A DNA stretch of 59,151 nucleotides, counting the filler. It is 3 parts of 3 records of this genome, joined end to end, with 100 filler letters (N's around TTAATTAATTAA, not from the genome) between each part and the next. Parts side by side here need not be neighbours in the genome. Positions count along the whole stretch, not along the records: positions 45,059 to 59,151 come from SRR31156797_3080; 2 more parts are not named here. The stretch is one strand, 5' to 3'. The notes under the pieces were generated by a model. The model did no database searches. It was not told the DNA's origin and was given only the letters and a program-made list of their open reading frames with translations. Both the position numbers and the translations under genes were made by a program. This document shows positions 46,658 to 53,846 of this stretch, piece by piece (position 1 is the stretch's first letter; the number at the start of each line of letters is the position of its first letter).

Positions 46658-48690
46658 CGGTTAATCCTTCTCGGGGTGTAATGCAACAACGCCCCATCAA
46701 TTTTGTGTCCGGCGTCAATGGCGCTTTTGCTGTAGACCATGAGCCCGACATTGACCCCAGTGCCTTCAAGTGGAATTGAAGGGCTTGCCACCACAGATGC
46801 GCCGTAAAAAAATTCCTCCCATTGATCGATGTCCCAATACCCGCCATCGCCTTGGATTTCTATATCGTCAGCGAAATGAGACGGGATGTTCGGGTCACTG
46901 TATGAAAAGTCCGTGGACATCCGAATCAACGAATATTGCTCGGCTGTCATTTCAATTGTGGCTTTGCGGTATGTTTTAAGCACTGACGGGGACTTGGAGT
47001 TGTTGAATTGCAACATCAAATACGCCTCGATCTCCTGTCCGTCAAAAGAAGTCCCTTTATCTGCCTGATAAACCATGCCTTCGTCTGACCCGAAAAATAC
47101 GACATCCTTTCCGGTTGAATCTTCCCCGGAGATCGCGCATGCCACATTGTCAGGGTATAAAAACTCCGTGAATGCGACGCCCTTCTTTAAAACTGTCATA
47201 CAAAGGCCGCGACCATTATCGCAAAAAATACGATACTGATTTTTGGCCTTATATGTCGCAGATGCCACAACGGTCCCTCGAATAGAGTCTATAAGCGGCT
47301 GAATATGACGGCTTACTACGCCCTGGTCAAAGTTCCCATAGGTATCCGTTGGATAGACCTTAATCAGGCCCCGGTCATCCAAACAATATGCATAGCCAAG
47401 TTTCTGGGCAGTTCTTGGGATACATCCAACTTCATCAGAAATTGAATCAAGCTCGAAGTCGTCAACCGACGTCCCAACCAGCTTATTTGTGGTGTTCCTT
47501 GAAAAAATAGCCAGGGCCTCGCCGGTCAAACTAAGGTATCCGGTTATTGTGTCCCCAAGGCCAATTTCTGCGGCACCTGATAATGCAGTCCATGAATAAG
47601 GAGTGCCAATTCCTGAATTCTGTAAAGACCCGTGAAATGAGAAAAAAAGCTGCTTTTGATGCGCGAAGACATATTCCGGGGTGTCTGTGTCCATACCGGT
47701 ATTTATTGGGATATAAACCTCACCATCAAATTCGAACCCACGGTTTACACCGTCACATCCGTAGACCCTTTTTGTGTCCGCAGTCCCTTTGAAATTATAC
47801 GCAATAGTTTCATATCGACCACCCGGCAGAATTGTGATCTGGATAGGCTCGCTTGCCGCCGTGACTTTTGTCGTAGATGCGACCTGTATTTCACCAGAGC
47901 TATTGAACGAGCCTGTTATATCATCCAAGATCAACCGGCCTGCGGCATCAGAGCCCCACGCTCCGGACTCAAGCACTGTTCTTTTTACTGTGGCTGTTGC
48001 CCCTGTGCCAACCTGGGTGATACTGACACCATCCGCAATTTCTTCTACTCCGGACTCAAAATCCATTTCAAGGTAAAGCTCGATATCCTGCCACCCAGCT
48101 GATGTGGCCTTGAATATTCTACCGGCTGTCCCGGCTGTATTGTCCCTAAACGCAAATAAAATCCCATTTAATATTGCCAGCCCACGGATCGGACCGGACC
48201 CGGTTGGCGCCTGGATGTCATCCCGGTATAAATCAGCAGCATCGCTTTTGGCTTGAGCGTGATCTTCTCCAAGGTCTTCGCCATTTTCTATGACCATGGT
48301 TATGGTTCCGGTATCAGATCCTCCGACGTTAAAGATTTCTTCTTGGAATATGCCGGACACCTTGGAAACCCTAAACCGATCGGTATCAATTGAAATTACT
48401 GTACCCTGGGCTGCGCTGTCATTACCGACAACAATGTCACCGACAGACAGTGCTCCGGTGACTGCGGCAAACAAGACACAATAACTGGCAGACGATGGAG
48501 CGGATTGCCCATCATATCTTTCGTACCCATCGATGCGACGATACCCGCCGTTGTAATTGGCCTCATAGTTCCGGCAAGAGAACAACGCGCCTGGAGATAC
48601 CGATAAAGCAGGAGACTCAAGATCAAGCCCACTCTGAAATTTGACATACTCTGTCTTGGTATCTACTTTTGCAATGCGCCGTCGCCTCAT
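46654..48690 (-). CDS. Tail nozzle / head-stabilisation protein (beta-propeller type)
   Basis: Position after the adaptor; GGYRRIDGYERYDG, beta-rich. Start MRRRRIAK overlaps the adaptor stop (ATGA). Confidence 0.65.
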   Translation of the reverse strand: MRRRRIAKVDTKTEYVKFQSGLDLESPALSVSPGALFSCRNYEANYNGGYRRIDGYERYDGQSAPSSASYCVLFAAVTGALSVGDIVVGNDSAAQGTVISIDTDRFRVSKVSGIFQEEIFNVGGSDTGTITMVIENGEDLGEDHAQAKSDAADLYRDDIQAPTGSGPIRGLAILNGILFAFRDNTAGTAGRIFKATSAGWQDIELYLEMDFESGVEEIADGVSITQVGTGATATVKRTVLESGAWGSDAAGRLILDDITGSFNSSGEIQVASTTKVTAASEPIQITILPGGRYETIAYNFKGTADTKRVYGCDGVNRGFEFDGEVYIPINTGMDTDTPEYVFAHQKQLFFSFHGSLQNSGIGTPYSWTALSGAAEIGLGDTITGYLSLTGEALAIFSRNTTNKLVGTSVDDFELDSISDEVGCIPRTAQKLGYAYCLDDRGLIKVYPTDTYGNFDQGVVSRHIQPLIDSIRGTVVASATYKAKNQYRIFCDNGRGLCMTVLKKGVAFTEFLYPDNVACAISGEDSTGKDVVFFGSDEGMVYQADKGTSFDGQEIEAYLMLQFNNSKSPSVLKTYRKATIEMTAEQYSLIRMSTDFSYSDPNIPSHFADDIEIQGDGGYWDIDQWEEFFYGASVVASPSIPLEGTGVNVGLMVYSKSAIDAGHKIDGALLHYTPRRINR

Positions 48691-49364
48691 GCCAGTGGTC
48701 CCCCCCATGTTATTTCAGGCATTCTATCAAGTTCTAAAGCACCGAGCAGGCGATGGTATTCATTCTGCCCATGGGTATATTTTTCGTTTGCGGCATCATA
48801 GGCACCATAAAAGGTCAGCGCCCGCCATACAGCAATCATGTGATATTCGGATGGATATAGCGGCTCGTCGGTGTTTCCAGTCAGTGATTTTGCTTTCCGG
48901 AAGTATTCGCCTGCAATATTGTATTCCGCATCCGGAATGGGATATAAAGCCATGGACTTATCGGGCTTAATTGCAAAAAACTGCGGTCGGCCGGAAATAG
49001 CCCGAGAAGCCCCATTTAGATAAGTTCGCTTGAATTCTCTCCATGATAATGGAACCATAAACTGCTCATCGCTGTATTCAATCCGACATGAAACCTGGTC
49101 GTAGTCGTTAGTCTTCCATTTATTCAAGTCGGAGACGCCGGCATCAGTAGGCGTATATACCTGCTGACTGATCGTTGTCGTGAAATCAAATTCACGAACG
49201 AGGAACTCCCAGTCAGAATGAAGATTTTGCACGTCCTCATCGGCCGACCGAACCCAGTCCACAACCTTTTTTTGCATGCCGGTTTGATTAAGGACAGAAG
49301 CCGGGCCAGTTCCGGACAACCCGGCCTCGCTCCTTAACCTTTGACACATCGAAAGAAAATTCAT
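48687..49364 (-). CDS. Head-tail adaptor protein
   Basis: MNFLSMCQRLR, W.FL, GRPQ, LYPIPD.EY, P.EYH..IVWRAL pattern; position after the head genes. Confidence 0.7.
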   Translation of the reverse strand: MNFLSMCQRLRSEAGLSGTGPASVLNQTGMQKKVVDWVRSADEDVQNLHSDWEFLVREFDFTTTISQQVYTPTDAGVSDLNKWKTNDYDQVSCRIEYSDEQFMVPLSWREFKRTYLNGASRAISGRPQFFAIKPDKSMALYPIPDAEYNIAGEYFRKAKSLTGNTDEPLYPSEYHMIAVWRALTFYGAYDAANEKYTHGQNEYHRLLGALELDRMPEITWGGPLA

Positions 49365-49816
49365 TACAGTGATGCCGTGATAGATTCCAGCCAGGCAAAC
49401 CCGTTTGGATGCGGGTCCTTAATCACCGTAAACGGATATTTAGGGACAGTGTGTTCAACCATCTGAATTTTATCCGGCTGAGAAGGGTCTTTTATCTGCT
49501 GTTCGTACCGCGTATCAGTACACCTGGCCAGGGCTTCAACGTACTTTCTTTTTATAGTGGTTTGCCTTCCCCTTACAACCGGTTGATTGATTCCGTTTAC
49601 ATTTGGGGTAATAACCGGCAAATCTTCTTTATTCGTAGAAGGGGACACGATTATGGTGACCGGCATATTCATAAAAGCCTCCATCTCGGCGGCATCGACA
49701 AAATCATTTTCGGTTACCTGTTCCAGGCCCGTGGCAGTGCCTATCTCTCCAATACTAAAATCATCTTTTTTGGGGACGCTGCTCTCATCAACGTCTACTT
49801 TTTTTCTTGTAGCCAT
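49364..49816 (-). CDS. Phage hypothetical protein (head/tail junction region)
   Basis: GGAG RBS; EAFMN.PV.I, VNG...RG....KRKYVEALAR, YPF.VI.DP.P.G..WL. Confidence 0.6.
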   Translation of the reverse strand: MATRKKVDVDESSVPKKDDFSIGEIGTATGLEQVTENDFVDAAEMEAFMNMPVTIIVSPSTNKEDLPVITPNVNGINQPVVRGRQTTIKRKYVEALARCTDTRYEQQIKDPSQPDKIQMVEHTVPKYPFTVIKDPHPNGFAWLESITASL

Positions 49817-49825
49817 CTATTCTCC

Positions 49826-49850
49826 AAAAAGGAGGGGCCGAAACCCCTCC
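49826..49850 (-). terminator. Intrinsic terminator closing the head-gene block
   Basis: Minus strand GGAGGGGT-TTCG-GCCCCTCC-TTTTT. Confidence 0.8.
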
Positions 49851-49856
49851 AGTTCT

Positions 49857-50312
49857 TTACGTTAAGGGTTGGGGCGGTATTGCGAACAGATCATAAAATG
49901 TTGCCGTAATGCTCGTGGCGTCAAGAAGCGTTGTGCCACCTGTGAACACAGAGGCGGATGCATTCTTGACCTTGATCGCTCCAATAGGGCAGGTGTTTGC
50001 CGTCGGTTCGGGCCAAGGGATAACGGCGTTTCCTGCCGTTAGGTCGTCATTGCTAACTTCATCACTCTTAACAACGGTGATTGTCCCCGCAGCATTAACA
50101 ACAACAAGGAACAGCGCTGTATAGGCTGCGGAGACGGTGTTTCCGTCAAGCTTAACGTCGCCATCCCCGCTGGTGAGTGTGTATGACAATCCATCTATGG
50201 CATACGGGAAGTCGGCAAGGGTCTCCGCATCGGCTTTGCCAGAGGCATCAATCCCGAGACCTGCACAACCAAGGCAAATTGTCCCGCCTCTTGGGTTATC
50301 ATTGAGGTTCAT
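49857..50312 (-). CDS. Putative capsid decoration/cement protein
   Basis: Small beta-rich Ala/Thr/Gly protein after the MCP and before the terminator; AAGGA RBS. Confidence 0.55.
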   Translation of the reverse strand: MNLNDNPRGGTICLGCAGLGIDASGKADAETLADFPYAIDGLSYTLTSGDGDVKLDGNTVSAAYTALFLVVVNAAGTITVVKSDEVSNDDLTAGNAVIPWPEPTANTCPIGAIKVKNASASVFTGGTTLLDATSITATFYDLFAIPPQPLT

Positions 50313-50323
50313 TTAAAAAATCC

Positions 50324-50530
50324 TTATGGATTAAGAGTTAAATCGTCGGCCACTTCATAGTCGGTATCCGTGACGCCTGTGTCAGCATTAAGCTGAGTTG
50401 CCATATTATCAACAGCATCCTTGATTGCGGCCAGGTCCGTGTATATGGCGTCCAGTAATGGTCGGATCTCTTTAACATCCGCCTTATTACTCATGGCCTG
50501 CAATCTGTTTTTAATGCTTGTATTAGCCAT
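50324..50530 (-). CDS. Small virion-associated protein (head fibre-like)
   Basis: AAGGA RBS; helical DLAAIK...QLNADTGVTDTDY; directly follows the MCP. Confidence 0.6.
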   Translation of the reverse strand: MANTSIKNRLQAMSNKADVKEIRPLLDAIYTDLAAIKDAVDNMATQLNADTGVTDTDYEVADDLTLNP

Positions 50531-50569
50531 TTTTATCCTTTTTGGGCGGAGGTGGCCCCCCGCCTCAAG

Positions 50570-51637
50570 TTAATTGGACACGTCAGTCGCGCAGGTCTCG
50601 ATACGAGTCATCCAGTTTTCATTCAAGCGGACAGGGGCATACCAGAAATCAGCGCCGACATACCCGAACATGCCGGATGGGTTGGCGTGGTTGATTTGAC
50701 TCGTGGGAACGAGTCGCGGGGTAATGCCCGTCTTGGCCGCATTTTTTGTTCCCGGGATTCGTTCCCCCTTAAGACTGACATGGCCCCAGGCGTCTTCAGC
50801 AATGATAATTGCAGGATAAACGTCACAATTTACACTGCCCGCACTCACCATCCCGGTACCGGTTACCGATGCGCCGGCAGCCAGAAACGGACGGAATAAC
50901 GGCGATGTTACAAACCGGAATTCTTCACATGCCCCAATTTCCCGGGAGTGAACGGCTTTGATTGCCGTTCCGTATTCTACGCGCTTGGTAAAACCAGGAA
51001 GATCACGGACATCTGAACTTAAGTCCGTGTGAATAAAAACCACATAGGCAGGTTCGACGGCAGAAGTACCGAAGGCTGCACCGGGAGAGATGTGGCTGGT
51101 CACATGCATTCCACGGTTATTTTCCATGGCCCGGGCGGCTGCCCTGAGATTATTAAGGGAGATTGTGTTGTTGACTCCAGCCCTGGTGCTACCATTGGCA
51201 TAAATAACACTGGACCCTGCTTTCACTGCACCATACGAAACGAGTTCCGCAACTTCACCCAGGGTTTCCCCTGTCAATTTCTGCATGTCACCAGGGATAT
51301 CATCCTCATACATCAATTCCGACTTGGATGAGTATTTAAAGAGGATGGCGTATTGCTCCAGCGTGACTGACACGTCGGTGTAATCAATCGTGTTTGCCGT
51401 AGGAGTGGTGCCCTCGGCGGTGACAAAGTTTGTAGGGTCAATATTTGCGACTTCGTTGGAGTCCGCATTAAACGGTTTAAGTCGTCGAAAAACAACGGTG
51501 TCTGTTTTCCGTTTGGGGTGTTTTTTCTGTACACCGAACCCACCAAGTACCATCACGGGTTCAGCGTGTTTCAACATCTCACCTTCGGCGCGGATTAAAT
51601 TCCGCGAAGGGACTGTTGAATAATTCTGCATTGGCAT
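50570..51637 (-). CDS. Major capsid protein (N4-gp56-like, HK97 fold)
   Basis: TVVFRR, EG.TP...I...DVSVTLEQY, YVVFIH.D...DVR.LPGF..VE.YG, EIG.CE.FRFV.SP, NPSG.FGYVG, LNENWM.RIE. Confidence 0.88.
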   Translation of the reverse strand: MPMQNYSTVPSRNLIRAEGEMLKHAEPVMVLGGFGVQKKHPKRKTDTVVFRRLKPFNADSNEVANIDPTNFVTAEGTTPTANTIDYTDVSVTLEQYAILFKYSSKSELMYEDDIPGDMQKLTGETLGEVAELVSYGAVKAGSSVIYANGSTRAGVNNTISLNNLRAAARAMENNRGMHVTSHISPGAAFGTSAVEPAYVVFIHTDLSSDVRDLPGFTKRVEYGTAIKAVHSREIGACEEFRFVTSPLFRPFLAAGASVTGTGMVSAGSVNCDVYPAIIIAEDAWGHVSLKGERIPGTKNAAKTGITPRLVPTSQINHANPSGMFGYVGADFWYAPVRLNENWMTRIETCATDVSN

Positions 51638-51655
51638 TTTTATACCTTCCTGGGG

Positions 51656-52579
51656 CTACCCCCATATTTTTCCAAATTCAAGCTCCCTGATTTCATCTTC
51701 AGACATGTCCGCTTCTGATTTCTGGGGCGTTTGCCGCTTCCCGCCTGATATTTTGGTTTCAGCTTGTTCCAGGCGTTTTTTACGGGCGGCGGCAATTGCT
51801 TGTGGCGATTTCTTGTTTGATTGAAACTCTCCGAACCGGTCAAGGACGAAGACTGCATCATCTGCGGTCTTCCCCAAAAAATGTTTGTCTCGAATTTCTT
51901 TGGGTTGTTCTTTTAACCAGGATTGATATTCTTCGGTTCCCACAGTTGTTTTCCAATCCGGATACTTGAACGACAGCAACCGCCCTTCAAGGATATCGCT
52001 GGAAATAAACTCACCCTGCTTTTCACGGATATCGTTTAATCCGCTTCGAAGGTCAGAAACATCGGGCAGCTTTTTTGACAGCTCGGCGCTCGTTGCGGCA
52101 AGCTTGTTCTCTATTGCATCCGCCCATTCGGGGTATTCTTCCTTAAGATCTTCCCAAGCCCCTGCATTTTTGGCTGCGTCAGCCATTTCCTTTTCGGTCG
52201 GTGCGGTCTGTTTTTCTTCCGCAGCGGCCTGCCTGGCTGCATGGAATTCATTTTGTATGGAACCAATCCTGCGCTCGGTCTGTTTCAATCTTTCTTCAAT
52301 GGCACCCAGGGTGTTAAGTCTGCTTGAAATCCCATCGATAGTTTCTCTCAGGGCGGGAGGTATCCCGGCCATTGGGTCTTCTATTTCTGGTTCTTGTTCT
52401 TCGTCGACTTCTTCCGAATGTCCCGGGTTTTGCCCTGACTTGTCGTCTGGGTCTACAATCTCGTTGTCAAGCTCTGCGGCGGGTCCCGGCGCATCACCAT
52501 CAAACACTTCTGCAAACACCTCTTCCCTTAGAGACTGTTCCTCGTCACTCATCTCAGGGCTATTGTCTTCATCTTCCAT
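51656..52579 (-). CDS. Capsid scaffolding protein
   Basis: Acidic N-terminus, coiled coil, LKEEYPEW, PDW...V...YQ.WL..QP; immediately upstream of the MCP. Start at MEDEDN after an AAGGA RBS. Confidence 0.75.
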   Translation of the reverse strand: MEDEDNSPEMSDEEQSLREEVFAEVFDGDAPGPAAELDNEIVDPDDKSGQNPGHSEEVDEEQEPEIEDPMAGIPPALRETIDGISSRLNTLGAIEERLKQTERRIGSIQNEFHAARQAAAEEKQTAPTEKEMADAAKNAGAWEDLKEEYPEWADAIENKLAATSAELSKKLPDVSDLRSGLNDIREKQGEFISSDILEGRLLSFKYPDWKTTVGTEEYQSWLKEQPKEIRDKHFLGKTADDAVFVLDRFGEFQSNKKSPQAIAAARKKRLEQAETKISGGKRQTPQKSEADMSEDEIRELEFGKIWG

Positions 52580-52650
52580 ATTCTTTTCCTTAAACCGGCT
52601 TATGGCGGTTGATCTTGAGGCGGTTGCCCGGCTCTGTTTTTTTTTGGGAG

Positions 52651-52763
52651 TTGGAGCATAAAAAAAGGGAAGACAAATACGATGGTTTACGGCACCGTAA
52701 CTGCCTTCCCTTTTTAAATTTTGCATTATCGTTTGGCCTGGCCGGGCCTCAGATAAGCTCCAA
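52651..52763 (-). promoter_or_regulatory. Structured intergenic element (terminator-like with alternative pairings) upstream of scaffold/MCP
   Basis: TTGGAGC/GCTCCAA outer stem; AAAAAGGGAAGGCAG/TTGTCTTCCCTTTTT inner stem followed by a U run. Confidence 0.5.
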
Positions 52764-52768
52764 GTTTT

Positions 52769-53068
52769 CTATATATTTAGGAGTCCACTACCTCCGGTTT
52801 GTTTTTCCTCGGCCTCTGGTAGCGCAAGGATCTTTTTTAAAAACCTAATTTCTGCACGATAGACCGTTGTTTGCTGCTCGGACGCCTTAAGACTGTCGTT
52901 CTTCTTTCTCAACGTCTCGATTTCTTTTTTTGCCCATGTCTCGATAAAAACCCATGTAGCAGATGTTGGCTCGATTTTACCGACCGATGGCACAGGGCCA
53001 GCAACAACGAATTCCCTTTGGGATTTTTCCCGTCTCCGGAATAATTTTTTAATTAGAGCGAGCACCAT
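52769..53068 (-). CDS. Phage head-module hypothetical protein (helical)
   Basis: SATW..IE.WA..EI..LR..ND...T..YRAEIR.LK.ILAL pattern, as often seen in small genes between portal and scaffold. Confidence 0.6.
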   Translation of the reverse strand: MVLALIKKLFRRREKSQREFVVAGPVPSVGKIEPTSATWVFIETWAKKEIETLRKKNDSLKASEQQTTVYRAEIRFLKKILALPEAEEKQTGGSGLLNI

Positions 53069-53291
53069 TGAACTCCATGAGCCATTCGTCTTTTCCGATC
53101 TCTACCCAACGTTCGTGCAGGTCTGCTGCATCAGCAGTGATACAGCTTATTGCGTGCCCGGTGTGGTCTGTTTCTTCCACAACGAGCATTGTGTCCCATT
53201 TATAAGTTTTGACCTCATCTAGGACAGCAATACACCTGCCGTTTTCGTGTTTATAGAACTTGTCTTTTTCGAGCTTTAGAGGCATTCGCAA
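53049..53291 (-). CDS. Phage hypothetical protein
   Basis: Co-oriented and overlapping both neighbours; start could be MPLKLEK (53285). Confidence 0.55.
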   Translation of the reverse strand: MRMPLKLEKDKFYKHENGRCIAVLDEVKTYKWDTMLVVEETDHTGHAISCITADAADLHERWVEIGKDEWLMEFNGARSN

Positions 53292-53479
53292 TCCTTTCTT
53301 GCAGGAAAAACAGTTGCACGGAACGGTTTCAGTCGCCTAAATGTGACCACTTCCCCATTCGGAATTGTTTTGTTGGTTTTTGATGTCTTGGGCTCGCAAG
53401 GTTTAATAAAAAAATCATGGCAGGCTCTTCCCAGATGTGCCCAACATTCTCTTTCGATAGATTCTATCGTCTTACTCAT
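53276..53479 (-). CDS. Small Cys-rich protein sharing the capsid motif FRRLKPFxA (candidate mini-capsid paralogue)
   Basis: AGGGG RBS; residues 47-55 FRRLKPFRA versus MCP 50-58 FRRLKPFNA; upstream L.RA...K..EP also shared. Confidence 0.6.
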   Translation of the reverse strand: MSKTIESIERECWAHLGRACHDFFIKPCEPKTSKTNKTIPNGEVVTFRRLKPFRATVFPARKDCECL

Positions 53480-53482
53480 TGC

Positions 53483-53539
53483 TCAACCCCTATTCATGGG
53501 CCGTGCTTCAATCATTTTTGTTCCGATATATCTTTTCAA
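53483..53539 (-). pseudogene. 18-codon ORF MKRYIGTKMIEARPMNRG, probable gene remnant or leader peptide
   Basis: Perfect AGGAGG RBS 5 nt before TTG; stops at TGA, 3 nt before and in frame with the 67-aa ORF. Confidence 0.5.
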
Positions 53540-53549
53540 AATTTCCTCC

Positions 53550-53846
53550 TTATGATGAATGAGCCCCGCTAAGCATATATTGTCGATAAACACAGCTTTC
53601 TGTCATATTCGGAATACTTTTGACCGGGGCACTTGCATATGCAAACAAGCCGTTTGATGTGGCTTCAAATTTTGTTATAAAAATACCTGCTGTAGCCATC
53701 CATGAGACAAAGTCAGTAATTGGGTCATGGTATATTTGATCACGCCACTCACAATCGATCTTGCCGCTTGCATTTTTAATCCTTGCACCAACACGCCTTC
53801 TCTCTGTGCAGAAAAACACTTGTATTTTTGCGGATTCTTCACTCAT
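53550..53846 (-). CDS. Phage hypothetical protein
   Basis: ATGA overlap with the portal stop; co-oriented. Confidence 0.55.
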   Translation of the reverse strand: MSEESAKIQVFFCTERRRVGARIKNASGKIDCEWRDQIYHDPITDFVSWMATAGIFITKFEATSNGLFAYASAPVKSIPNMTESCVYRQYMLSGAHSS

